DNA of 32,000 bases from Propionibacteriaceae bacterium (GTDB taxonomy: Bacteria > Actinomycetota > Actinomycetes > Propionibacteriales > Propionibacteriaceae), in NCBI GenBank assembly GCA_031256725.1, contig JAIRQE010000021.1, positions 208,051 to 240,050 of the forward strand, in the 5' to 3' direction. Below the pieces are notes generated by a model. It was not told the DNA's origin. It ran no database searches and saw only the letters and a program-made list of their open reading frames with translations. Numbering within the stretch: position 1 is the first letter of the stretch; each line of letters opens with the position of its first letter. Below, piece after piece: positions 8,727-17,951 of this stretch. The position numbers were made by a program, and so were the translations under genes.

Positions 8727-11700
8727 ATGTCGCTACCAGTGCCTAGGATAGGAAATGTGTATTTGACGGTGACAGACCTCTTAGCTCAACTTGCTGCTTC
8801 TGCGACCTCTGAGAAGGACAAAGGCGACAAGTTCGAGCGTCTTGTCCGTAAGTTTCTTCAACTGGATACAGCCTGGGCAAGTCGCTTCTCAGAAGTGTTT
8901 ATGTGGACGGAGTGGCCAGGGCGAGACGGGCAACCTGACAGGGGAATAGATCTGGTTGCTATTGACCGAGAGACTCGTGCGCCGTGGGCTGTCCAATGCA
9001 AGTTCTATGCCCCTGATCACTATCTGACCAAGCCGGACATTGATTCCTTCTTGGCTGAGTCTGGGAAGCACCCCTTTGTGGGTAGGCTCATTGTTTCCAC
9101 CACCGAGCGTTGGAACCCAGCTGCCGAAGCATCCATTCAGAACCAACAGATCCCTGTTCAACGCATTGGGATGACAGATCTCCTTGATTCGTCTATCGAC
9201 TGGTCCCACTTCTCGTTTACCAAACCAGAGGACCTTCCGCTCAAACCGAAGAAGAAGCTTCGCCCTCACCAAGATCAGGCTCTCGCAGCAGTTCATGAGG
9301 GTTTGGCTACCCATGATCGAGGCAAGCTCATCATGGCTTGCGGTACGGGAAAGACCTTCACGAGTCTCAGGATTGCTGAGTCAGAAGTGGGCTCAGGTGG
9401 GTCAGTTCTGTTCCTGGTCCCGTCAATTGCCCTCCTTTCTCAATCTCTCAAAGAATGGTCTTTAGAAGCGGAAACACCGTTACGTACTTTCGCTGTATGC
9501 TCAGATTCTAAGGTGGGCAAAGACAAGGGTGGCGAGGGTGAAGACATCTCGATTGTTGATCTGGAGATCCCGGCCACAACAGATCCAACTCGACTGATCA
9601 CCCAGGTTCAAGGTAACCCTGACGCTGGAAAAGATCGAATGACAGTAGTCTTCTCCACCTACCAGTCAATCGACGTCATCCACCAAGCCCAAGACCACGG
9701 CTTAGGTAGATTCGATCTGATCATCTGCGATGAGGCTCACCGTACGACTGGCGCAACATTGTCTGGAACGAGCGAGTCAGCCTTCGTGAAAATCCACGAC
9801 GATAACTACATCGGTGGAGCCAAGCGGCTCTACATGACGGCCACCCCACGTATCTATGACGATGCATCAAAGGCTAAAGCTGGGCAAGCCGATGCACTTT
9901 TGTCGTCAATGGATGACGAGGATCTTTATGGTCCTGAGTTCCATCGTCTCGACTTCGGTGAAGCCGTCGCTTTAGGGCTGCTCTCTGACTATAGGGTCGT
10001 AATCCTCACCGTACCGGAGGATTCAGTCTCTCGTATGATGCAGTCTGCTTTCGCCGTCAATTCAGAGTTGAACCTCCCAGACGCCGCCAAGATTATTGGT
10101 TGTTGGAATGGTCTGGCCAAACGCGGTGGGGAGCAGGACTTCCCAACTGATCCTGAACCCATGCGCCGAGCGGTTGCCTTCGGAGCCGACATCAAGACAT
10201 CAAAACTGTTTACAGAAGAGTTCGGCACGGTCGCAGGTCATTATGCTGATCTCCTCGAAGAAAACTCGACCACCATCGAGTCTGATGGTTCCGTCATTGT
10301 CGAAGATCAGGACCTCCTAGACACCGAAGTGCACCACGTTGACGGCACGATGAACATCCTCACCCGTAACGCCGCTCTTGACTGGCTGAGAAGCGAACCG
10401 CCAGACGGCCATTGCCGTATCCTCTCAAATGCTCGCTGCCTAGCTGAAGGCGTGGATGTACCAGCCCTGGATGCCGTCATCTTCCTCAACCCCCGCAAAT
10501 CTGAAGTCGATGTCGTACAAGCGGTGGGCAGGGTCATGCGCCAAGCCCCAGGCAAGAAGTACGGATACATCATCCTTCCCATAGGTATCCCCGCAGGCGA
10601 GACCCCTCATGAGGCCCTCCGCCGTAATGACCGCTTTTCTGTGATCTGGAAAGTTCTCCAGGCTTTGAGGGCCCATGATTCCCGCTTCAATGCGATGATT
10701 AACCAGATCGAGTTAAATTCCCAACCGCCAGCTCAACTCAGAGTCATTGGTGTGGATCTGCCAGAACCAGGGGAGAGGAAGACCGATCCGGCCACCCCTG
10801 ATCTTCAAGCGATGCTTCCTATGGATTGGCAGGAATGGCGTGATGCGATCTATGCCAAGATCGTCGACAAGGTGGGTTCTCGAAGGTACTGGGAAGATTG
10901 GGCCAAGGATGTGGCTGATATCGTCGAAGCCCACACCGCTCGCCTCACAGCCCTTGTGGAATCTGGTGATTGGAAGATTCAAGCAGCCTTCACGAGTTTC
11001 CTCGGCGCACTCAGAGCGAACCTGAATGATTCGATTGACACCGAGCAAGCAATCTCGATGCTTTCCCAGCACATGATCACCAAGCCAGTCTTTGATGCCC
11101 TCTTCGAGGACTACTCCTTCTCCGCCCACAACCCTGTAGCCCAGGTCATGCAGGGAATGCTGGATGCTTTAGAGGGAAGCAACCTTGAGGCCGAGACAGC
11201 GGCCCTAGACAAGTTCTACACCTCAGTACGAGAACGAATCCAAGGCATCGACAACGCCCAAGGCAAACAACGAGTACTCATGGAACTCTATGAAAAGTTC
11301 TTCCGCCTAGCCTTCAAGAAAACCGCTGAGTCCTTGGGTATCGTCTACACCCCAGTCGAGATCGTTGACTTCATTATCCGAGCGGTGAACGATCTCCTTC
11401 AAGAACACTTCGGTCAAACTCTCAGTGACAAGGGTGTACACATCCTCGACCCCTTCACTGGCACTGGTACTTTTATCGTGCGCCTCCTAGAATCTGGGCT
11501 CATCAAACCCAAGGACTTGGTACGAAAGTACGAGGAGGAGTTGCACGCCAACGAGATCCTGTTGTTGGCGTACTATATCGCAGCCGCAAATATAGAGGTC
11601 ACGTTCAGGGAACTTCAACGCGACGATGTTTGCCGCAATGCAGGTTGTACATGCCCCGATTATGAGCCCTTCCCTGGAATCGTTCTAACCGACACCTTCC

Positions 11701-13640
11701 AGATGACCGAGACTGGGGACACTCTGGACAATCAAGTCTTCGTTGCCAACAATGATCGAGCTTCTACTCAATTGGAGTTACCCATTCGTGTGATCCTTGG
11801 CAACCCGCCCTACAGTGTCGGCCAAACTAGTGGAAATGATGACAACGCCAACCTGAAGTATTCGACCTTGGATGCCAGAATAGAATCAACCTACGCTGCT
11901 CAATCCAAAGCGGTGACAGGGAGAACAACCTATGACTCATATATTCGCGCAATGCGCTGGGCATCTGATCGGCTAGGTCAGACAGGAATAGTCTCCCTTA
12001 TTACGAACAATGGCTATCTGAATGCAAACAGTGCAGATGGACTTCGCCTGACGTTATGCGACGAGTATGACGACATCTACGTGCTAAACCTACGCGGTAA
12101 TTCTAGAGATCCTGGACAAGCAGCGAAACGAGAAGGTGGCAATGTCTTTGGAGTCAGGGTTGGAGTTGCAATCATCTTCCTTGTAAAGAGACAGGGTGCT
12201 CCTTCTATGGAAAGGATCAGGTACTACGAAACTGAAGACCACATGGTAAAGGGGCATAAACTACGGATGCTTTCAGAGACTCATCTAGGAGATATTCCTT
12301 GGCAAGACATCTATCCCAATCCTGACGGTGACTGGACTTTACAGAGAAGTGCGCTCTTTGAGACTTACCTTCCCCTGATCCATAAACAATCACTCAAAGC
12401 CGTCTTCGTGCAACACAGTCTTGGTCTTGGTAGTAATCGTGATGCCTGGGTGTACAACTCGTCGCTGTCGTCCCTGAAGATGAACGTGGAGCGGATGGTC
12501 GAGAGGTATAACGAGGAAGTCGCGCGCCTTTCGGATGCATCTCCATCCGACCGTAAGGTCTTGGCTGACAGAGACCCACGGGCGATAAGTTGGTCATCAA
12601 GTCTGGATTCCTGGCTCGCTCAAGGAAGAGCAATTGACATAGCACAAGGACATTGGATGGATGCTCAGTATCGTCCGTTTTGCCGACAGATGGTTTATTG
12701 CGGACCCGGTTTGATCCACCGACTTGGCGGGATTCCATCGTTTTTTCCTACACCAGCCCATGACAACATGGGATTCACCTTGACTGGTGCATCATCACAC
12801 TACGAGTTTGCGATTCTCGCCACGACTTGTCTTCCCGATCTGCACTTGCTTGACACAGGACAGTTCTTTGCTCGTTGGCGCTATGAGTCGATCCCCACCG
12901 ACTCGAAACAAGAGGCGTTCCATTTTGAAGAGCAAGACACCAAAGGGGGATATCGAAAGGTCGACAACATAACAGATTCTACTTTGCGCAGCTATCAAGA
13001 ACGCTATGGCATGCAGGTTACGAAGGATGACATCTTCTTTCACGTTTATGGTTTGCTCCACAGCACCGACTATCGTGAATCATTTGCTGTAGATCTGAAA
13101 AAGATGCTCCCACGCATTCCCATGGTTGCCGATCTGAAAACTTTCGAGGTTTTCGTGACTGCTGGACGAGAACTATTCGATCTGCATACCGGATACGAAA
13201 AGGTCGATCCGTGCCCAAACCTAATTGTCACGGGTGACGATCCCCAAGGCGACCCCTATGACTGGTACCGAGTGGACAAGATGCGTTACGGTGGCAAGTC
13301 CACCACCAAGGATAAAACCACCGTGATCTGTAACCCCCGAATCACAGTGACCGGCATTCCGCTTCAAGCCCAGGAGTACATGCTAGGAGCCCGAAGCGCC
13401 CTAGACTGGATCCTAGAGCGCTACCAAGTAAAAATCGACAAACCTTCGGGAATAGTGAACGACCCCAATGACTGGTCTCGCGAGCACCACCAACCTCGCT
13501 ACATCCTCGACCTCCTAACCCGAATCGTCACTGTGAGCATTCGAACTGTCGAGATTGTGGATTCTCTACCCAACCTTGAATTCAACGAAGACGGGGCTGT
13601 GGCAAGATGCCTTTCCGACACTCCGAAGGAGGAAAACTAA
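8727..13640 (+). CDS. Type ISP-like single-polypeptide restriction-modification enzyme (Mrr-type nuclease + SF2 DEAH translocase + gamma-class N6-adenine methyltransferase + target-recognition domain)
   Basis: 1637 aa. The N-terminus DKGDKFERLVRKFL...RGIDLVAID...WAVQCKFY has the Mrr-like D-(x)n-QxK PD-(D/E)xK motif. Walker A MACGTGKT is at nt 9339-9356. Motif II DEAH is at 9729-9740. TATP and QAVGRVMR form motifs III and VI. The AdoMet motif DPFTGTGTF starts at 11448. The catalytic NPPY is at 11802-11813. About 600 aa of C-terminal region remain. Domain order and size match the LlaGI/LlaBIII class. Confidence 0.85.
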   Translation: MSLPVPRIGNVYLTVTDLLAQLAASATSEKDKGDKFERLVRKFLQLDTAWASRFSEVFMWTEWPGRDGQPDRGIDLVAIDRETRAPWAVQCKFYAPDHYLTKPDIDSFLAESGKHPFVGRLIVSTTERWNPAAEASIQNQQIPVQRIGMTDLLDSSIDWSHFSFTKPEDLPLKPKKKLRPHQDQALAAVHEGLATHDRGKLIMACGTGKTFTSLRIAESEVGSGGSVLFLVPSIALLSQSLKEWSLEAETPLRTFAVCSDSKVGKDKGGEGEDISIVDLEIPATTDPTRLITQVQGNPDAGKDRMTVVFSTYQSIDVIHQAQDHGLGRFDLIICDEAHRTTGATLSGTSESAFVKIHDDNYIGGAKRLYMTATPRIYDDASKAKAGQADALLSSMDDEDLYGPEFHRLDFGEAVALGLLSDYRVVILTVPEDSVSRMMQSAFAVNSELNLPDAAKIIGCWNGLAKRGGEQDFPTDPEPMRRAVAFGADIKTSKLFTEEFGTVAGHYADLLEENSTTIESDGSVIVEDQDLLDTEVHHVDGTMNILTRNAALDWLRSEPPDGHCRILSNARCLAEGVDVPALDAVIFLNPRKSEVDVVQAVGRVMRQAPGKKYGYIILPIGIPAGETPHEALRRNDRFSVIWKVLQALRAHDSRFNAMINQIELNSQPPAQLRVIGVDLPEPGERKTDPATPDLQAMLPMDWQEWRDAIYAKIVDKVGSRRYWEDWAKDVADIVEAHTARLTALVESGDWKIQAAFTSFLGALRANLNDSIDTEQAISMLSQHMITKPVFDALFEDYSFSAHNPVAQVMQGMLDALEGSNLEAETAALDKFYTSVRERIQGIDNAQGKQRVLMELYEKFFRLAFKKTAESLGIVYTPVEIVDFIIRAVNDLLQEHFGQTLSDKGVHILDPFTGTGTFIVRLLESGLIKPKDLVRKYEEELHANEILLLAYYIAAANIEVTFRELQRDDVCRNAGCTCPDYEPFPGIVLTDTFQMTETGDTLDNQVFVANNDRASTQLELPIRVILGNPPYSVGQTSGNDDNANLKYSTLDARIESTYAAQSKAVTGRTTYDSYIRAMRWASDRLGQTGIVSLITNNGYLNANSADGLRLTLCDEYDDIYVLNLRGNSRDPGQAAKREGGNVFGVRVGVAIIFLVKRQGAPSMERIRYYETEDHMVKGHKLRMLSETHLGDIPWQDIYPNPDGDWTLQRSALFETYLPLIHKQSLKAVFVQHSLGLGSNRDAWVYNSSLSSLKMNVERMVERYNEEVARLSDASPSDRKVLADRDPRAISWSSSLDSWLAQGRAIDIAQGHWMDAQYRPFCRQMVYCGPGLIHRLGGIPSFFPTPAHDNMGFTLTGASSHYEFAILATTCLPDLHLLDTGQFFARWRYESIPTDSKQEAFHFEEQDTKGGYRKVDNITDSTLRSYQERYGMQVTKDDIFFHVYGLLHSTDYRESFAVDLKKMLPRIPMVADLKTFEVFVTAGRELFDLHTGYEKVDPCPNLIVTGDDPQGDPYDWYRVDKMRYGGKSTTKDKTTVICNPRITVTGIPLQAQEYMLGARSALDWILERYQVKIDKPSGIVNDPNDWSREHHQPRYILDLLTRIVTVSIRTVEIVDSLPNLEFNEDGAVARCLSDTPKEEN

Positions 13641-15616
13641 TGACTAAGTACTACCTCGATTTCTTGCCAGAACACGTTGAACGATCTTCTGTGCACCGAA
13701 ACGATCCAGTAAAAGCCGTTTTTGAGATCATTTGGAATTGCCTGGATGCCGATGCTCATGCAGTAGTTGTCGCGCTCAAGAGAAATGAGGCAGGTGGTAT
13801 CACTGGAGTCTCCATCAAAGATGATGGGCATGGTATAACTCCTGAAGCCGCCATATCGGAGTTCAAGCCAGTTGGTCCATCCTGGAAATCGACTCCAAGA
13901 TCAGTGAGTAAAAAGGAGGGGCGTCCTCTGCATGGTAAACACGGAGAAGGCAGATTGAGGGCATTTGCCCTGGGTCAGGATGTTCAATGGGTGAGTATTG
14001 CTGAAGACACGGGCAAGATCTGGAAAGAAACAACCATTCAGGCAAGTGGTAGTGAACTGCTCGTAGTGGATATTTCAGACAAAACAACGACTTCGCGCGC
14101 ATCTGGCACTCATTTCACCACCCAGGATGGTGACCGACTAGGAAAACTGGAAGCGGAGGCAATGATGGTGAAGCTGACGAATGAGTTTGCTGCCTACTTG
14201 CTTTCTTTTCCTAGTGTGAGCATCTCTTACGAAGGCAGAACTATTGATCCGAAGTCTGTAATGAGATCAGATTTTGTCAGTGACTTGGCATGGGAATTCG
14301 GGGGTGTCGAGCATCGGGCTGAGATTAGGATCATTGAGTGGCAAGACAATCGTGGAAGGGTCGTGTACTTGGCGGATCAGTCGGGTATACCTCTAGAAAA
14401 ACTAGACAAGTCCCCTGCTAGTGACTTTTCGTACGCCGCTTATATTATGTGGGAGGATATGCCAGAGCATCGAGGCGAGTGGTTATTGGAAAAACTCGAA
14501 ACCGAACCATCAATACTTCATGTGTTATTGGATATGTCTCTCACTTTCATCAAGGACTACTTCAGCTCCCGACGTGCAGAGCGTCGTCGCGAAATTGTCG
14601 ATCAATGGAAGCGGGACAAGACATATCCATATGATGCGGAACCGGCGACTCCTGAAGATCAAGTCGAACAAGCCATGTTTGATGTCGTGGCAACCGCAGT
14701 GCATTCAAACGTTCCCAATTCTCCTAATCAACAGCGTATGACACTGACCCTGCTGAAAGAAGCACTTCAAAAACGCCCTGATAACCTTACAAGTCTCCTT
14801 GATCAGTATCTGAACCTTAGCCTCGAGGAGCGTGAGCAGCTCGAATATCTTTTAGGAGATATCGGTCTTTCTAGGATTATTAGAGCCACGGCCAATGTGA
14901 GTGACAGGTTCCGTTTCTTAAGGGGTTTAGAACTCATGATTGATGACCCAGAGGCGAACAAACTGATTCGAGAGCGAGACCACCTTCATAAGATCCTAGA
15001 GCATGAATTGTGGGTGTTCGGAGAACAGTTCAATTCAATGATCAGTGAACGGGGTCTGACGGCAGTTCGCGATAGGCATAGGGATGTTCTTGGTTTGGAG
15101 CCTGTTTCAGGCAGTGTTCGTAGAGCGGATGGCTCTCTTGGCCGGGTTGATCTTTTGTTGTCTGCAACGACTCGTGAATCTGGAAGGAACCGACACTTAG
15201 TCGTTGAGTTGAAGGCTCCCAGTGTGGATGCAAAAAGTGAAGAGTTAACTCAGCTTCATTCGTACGCGGAAGCAGTAGCAAGAGACTCACATTTTGGTGG
15301 TGTACAGGTTCTCTGGGAGTTTTACTTGGTAACCGCAAGAATTCATTCATCCATTGTTAATCAGACTAGACAGTCGAATCGACCTCCTGGACTTGTATCG
15401 GAGTTCCCCCTAGATGATGGGTATGGTTCGCAGATAAGGGTTTGGGTGAAGACTTGGGCGGAAATAATCGAGGATAATCGTCAACGCTTGAATTACTACC
15501 AAGAGCATCTTCAAACAGATCACAGTTTAGAAGATGCAAAAGAGTATCTAGTGAGTCATTATCCGACAATCATTCCAGAGGCATTTATGCTTGAGACAGA
15601 TCCAGAAGGCACATAA
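13640..15616 (+). CDS. GHKL (MORC/paraMORC-like, HATPase_c_3-type) ATPase fused to a C-terminal Shedu/DUF4263-like PD-(D/E)xK nuclease domain
   Basis: ATG 13640 overlaps the upstream TAA by 1 nt (TAATG), with a strong SD (GAAGGAGGAAAA) 4-14 nt upstream. The ORF-track start at 13607 is less likely. The Bergerat-fold motifs are the N-box FEIIWNCLDADA, G1 box DDGHGIT and G2 box HGKHGEGRL. The C-terminus has ILEHELWVFGEQF...GRVDLLL(D at nt 15149)...HLVVELKAP(E 15206, K 15212)...LTQLHSYAE. This fits the D...ExK...Q..Y layout of Shedu-type nucleases. Confidence 0.7.
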   Translation: MTKYYLDFLPEHVERSSVHRNDPVKAVFEIIWNCLDADAHAVVVALKRNEAGGITGVSIKDDGHGITPEAAISEFKPVGPSWKSTPRSVSKKEGRPLHGKHGEGRLRAFALGQDVQWVSIAEDTGKIWKETTIQASGSELLVVDISDKTTTSRASGTHFTTQDGDRLGKLEAEAMMVKLTNEFAAYLLSFPSVSISYEGRTIDPKSVMRSDFVSDLAWEFGGVEHRAEIRIIEWQDNRGRVVYLADQSGIPLEKLDKSPASDFSYAAYIMWEDMPEHRGEWLLEKLETEPSILHVLLDMSLTFIKDYFSSRRAERRREIVDQWKRDKTYPYDAEPATPEDQVEQAMFDVVATAVHSNVPNSPNQQRMTLTLLKEALQKRPDNLTSLLDQYLNLSLEEREQLEYLLGDIGLSRIIRATANVSDRFRFLRGLELMIDDPEANKLIRERDHLHKILEHELWVFGEQFNSMISERGLTAVRDRHRDVLGLEPVSGSVRRADGSLGRVDLLLSATTRESGRNRHLVVELKAPSVDAKSEELTQLHSYAEAVARDSHFGGVQVLWEFYLVTARIHSSIVNQTRQSNRPPGLVSEFPLDDGYGSQIRVWVKTWAEIIEDNRQRLNYYQEHLQTDHSLEDAKEYLVSHYPTIIPEAFMLETDPEGT

Positions 15617-15876
15617 AGAATTGAGGTGATATCGCTAGAAAGATGACATGGCCTAGTACTTCTATGGACTGGACCTCAATGCCGTTTGAACCATCTGCGA
15701 ATGACTTGGTCTCGATGGGTGCTTTACAAGGAGAAACGCAGACTGGAAGTGATTTTCCGATCAAAATGCTAGGAACTGATCTGCAAACGTCACACGATTC
15801 ATTGGTCATTAACAAGGGGAAACGGAGATTTCCGTGGACGATGTCGATGAATTCTATTCAGAACCGTCTGCAAACG

Positions 15877-17553
15877 TCACAGTGCTTTCCAGATTGCCTG
15901 TGCATGGGAACCAACGTTCCGGATTCTTCCTCGTCGCCTCATTTTCGTAAGCAGGTTAGATAGCTTCGCCGCTTTGTCATCGATCCCATCGCCAAACTTG
16001 TCCCATAGCAAAGACTCCAGGTCAGCACGTGAAGCGCTTCCGTGTTGGGATAGGTAGGTAAGAATGGTCTTCTCGAAATAAGTATCACTGAGAGCTCTAG
16101 TTTGAGTGCTAGCTAGTGATCCAGCTAGTTGAGCTATTTTGGCTGAGACAAATAACTGCGGAGAGCGTCCTTCGATCAGTTCTTGTCTCCGAAGCCTTTG
16201 TCGGTCTACTCGATTGATTGGTAGACCTTTTTGCACACGATCTAAAGCCAGTATGTCAGCCAATGGAAGGTCACTTCGTTCCATAAGCACGGTTGTGTAT
16301 GCCTCATCCACGACTCGTCCGTATAGGTTGAACTTCACATGTGTGGGATCGGATAGGTCGTAATCGGGAAGAGGTAGGAAGCGATTGCGTTGAAGGGTTG
16401 TCATTTTGCGGATGCCGAAACCCATGGTCTCGATCATTCCGACGCTTGCCATGGCTTCGACTAGGAATGGGTTGCGGTAGTCTTCGGGCACCTTATCTGT
16501 GGTCACGTAATCCTCTGGTCGGCCTTCGAAGAATGAGCCACGGTTGACTATTTCTAGACGATCTACGTACTCGGTGACGATGATGCGTGCTCTGCTGGTG
16601 TAGTCCTGGTGAGCCAGGGCGTTGTGGATGGCCTCTAGGACGACCCATCGGTCGTACTTGTGGACTGTCTCCGCGATCAATGTGGCTGGTCTGAGCAGCT
16701 TGATTTCTAGGTTGCGTATGCGCTGGTAGAGATTGGTGGTGTTGAGCAAGAAGGGGGTCGTGAAGTGATGGTAGCCCTCTTCTTGGCCGACTAGGTGCCA
16801 TGTGATCTGGGCCATATGCGGGTTGAGTTTTCCTCCAGCAGCATATGTGCCAAGTAAAAGGATTGTGGCTCGGGTTATGCAGCCATCGCGGGTGAGACGG
16901 GCTCGTTCGAGGAACTCTTCCGTGCCCCAGTTGGCGATGTCGTCGGCAACCTCAGGATGCTTAGCAGCAAACTCGCTCCTAGCTTTAGCTAGGGCTTTCT
17001 CATCGAGATCCTTGATGGTTGCACCAGGCACGGGCACTGCCGTCCAGTCATTGTCGATTTTTTGGCGGCGAATGGTGTCCTGTTTATCAAGGCTCAACGG
17101 CACGAGGGTTTCTCCATCACGCGCGTAATAGTGACCTTTCCATGACATGGGAATTCCGCGGGGTGCTGAAGGTACTTCTAGGAGCAGAACCCGCCCATGT
17201 GTCAGCAGTTCATGGATTCCACGAAAGCCTGATCCCGGTCGAGTGCCTTGCTCTATGTGATCGCGGAGGGTTCTTTCGTTCTTTTCTCCACGCAAATAGT
17301 CGGTGCCTACGATGGTTCTGGAGTTATCCACGCCCAGTACAATCCAAGCTACTTCTTGACCAGCAAGGTTTGCTTCATTGGCGAGGGCTGTAAAGTAGCG
17401 CCCTAACTTGTCTTCGTCGAATTGTCTCTTGGCTTCTTTGAACTCGACAAGTGGACCTTCCCGACTGGCTAGAAGACGGTTAAGAGTTTCCTGGAGTTCT
17501 CTTTGGGATGCGCTGTGGCTCACCCTGATTACACTACTGGTTGGGTCGGACAT
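15877..17553 (-). CDS. AlbA_2 (Schlafen-like, 'divergent AAA') + HATPase_c_4 + C-terminal wHTH protein (often mis-annotated as RecG-like/transcriptional regulator)
   Basis: 558 aa. The N-terminus GPLVEFKEAKRQFDEDKLGRYFTALANEANLAGQEVAWIVLGVDNSRTIVG is the AlbA_2 signature (E-x-K ... AfAN ... l-x-x-GV-x-d). The middle VLEAIHNALAHQDYTSRARIIVTEYVDRLEIVNRGSF is the HATPase_c_4 signature. The C-terminal ILTYLSQHGSASRADLESLL is wHTH-like. An AAGGAAGGA RBS lies upstream. Confidence 0.8.
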   Translation of the reverse strand: MSDPTSSVIRVSHSASQRELQETLNRLLASREGPLVEFKEAKRQFDEDKLGRYFTALANEANLAGQEVAWIVLGVDNSRTIVGTDYLRGEKNERTLRDHIEQGTRPGSGFRGIHELLTHGRVLLLEVPSAPRGIPMSWKGHYYARDGETLVPLSLDKQDTIRRQKIDNDWTAVPVPGATIKDLDEKALAKARSEFAAKHPEVADDIANWGTEEFLERARLTRDGCITRATILLLGTYAAGGKLNPHMAQITWHLVGQEEGYHHFTTPFLLNTTNLYQRIRNLEIKLLRPATLIAETVHKYDRWVVLEAIHNALAHQDYTSRARIIVTEYVDRLEIVNRGSFFEGRPEDYVTTDKVPEDYRNPFLVEAMASVGMIETMGFGIRKMTTLQRNRFLPLPDYDLSDPTHVKFNLYGRVVDEAYTTVLMERSDLPLADILALDRVQKGLPINRVDRQRLRRQELIEGRSPQLFVSAKIAQLAGSLASTQTRALSDTYFEKTILTYLSQHGSASRADLESLLWDKFGDGIDDKAAKLSNLLTKMRRRGRIRNVGSHAQAIWKAL

Positions 17554-17557
17554 TTTC

Positions 17558-17690
17558 TCATCCTTCCTTAATCTTGCCCAGCACTTGTTCCCTGATTTCT
17601 TCTGCCTGGGCTTCCATGATGGCTTGCTGGTACTCTAGTTCGGCTCGCTGGTAGCGAAGGGCAGTGGCCACCGAGTGGCGCGGCTGTCCC
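17558..17690 (-). pseudogene. C-terminal remnant of a second, diverged tyrosine recombinase
   Basis: One minus-strand frame reads ..QPRHSVATALRYQRAELEYQQAIMEAQAEEIREQVLGKIKEG*. This parallels GGHTSATTALRYQRAELDYQRD, the catalytic-Tyr region of the 19951-21112 integrase. No upstream catalytic domain is present. Its stop lies 4 nt before the ATG of the 558-aa gene. Confidence 0.6.
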
Positions 17691-17893
17691 TGCGCCTCTC
17701 AGTTTCACAGGGTTTACATCTAGAACGTCTAGGTTGGGACACCAGGTAGGACTTACCATCGGCGGCAGTTGTTCGGAATTTCCGAACAACTGTTTGCTCA
17801 CTCTGCTCGTCGGCACTGAATACGCGACCGATGTGCTTGCCGCACGTCAATGGTTGGCCGTCTCGTTGGTACAGTACGATCTCGCCTAAGAGT
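17691..17893 (-). pseudogene. Truncated, frameshifted RhuM-family remnant
   Basis: The minus strand reads GEIVLYQRDGQP...GKHIGRVFSADEQSEQTVVRKFRTTAADGKSYLV, then after a frame change NLDVLDVNPVKLRG. This parallels the intact RhuM at 18858-19868 (GEIVLYQRDGQP...HIQNIYAEGELSE...FRQVRTEG...YNLDLIISLGYRVRS). An internal ~28-aa deletion and loss of the C-terminal two-thirds are evident. Confidence 0.6.
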
Positions 17894-17951
17894 TGTTGCT
17901 CACCTCCATATGAGTTCGTCTTGACTATCTGGTTCGACTAGCTCTCCGCTT

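Noticed and set aside
13607-13639. Upstream start (ORF-track M at 13607) for the GHKL gene
   Set aside because: It would overlap the ISP gene by 34 nt and has no RBS. ATG 13640 has a strong GAAGGAGG upstream and forms a TAATG junction.
15643-15963. 106-aa plus-strand ORF in the convergent gap
   Set aside because: It overlaps the 3' end of the well-supported 558-aa minus-strand gene. It has no RBS, an odd composition and no motif.
17912-17940. Possible degenerate att/tRNA-3'-like sequence (GAGTTCGTCTTGACTATC...GGTTCGAC) between the fragment genes
   Set aside because: Only about 12 of 18 positions match the tRNA-Ser T-arm region and it lacks the downstream 64-bp repeat. It is too weak to call by eye, though it would fit a tandem-integration model.
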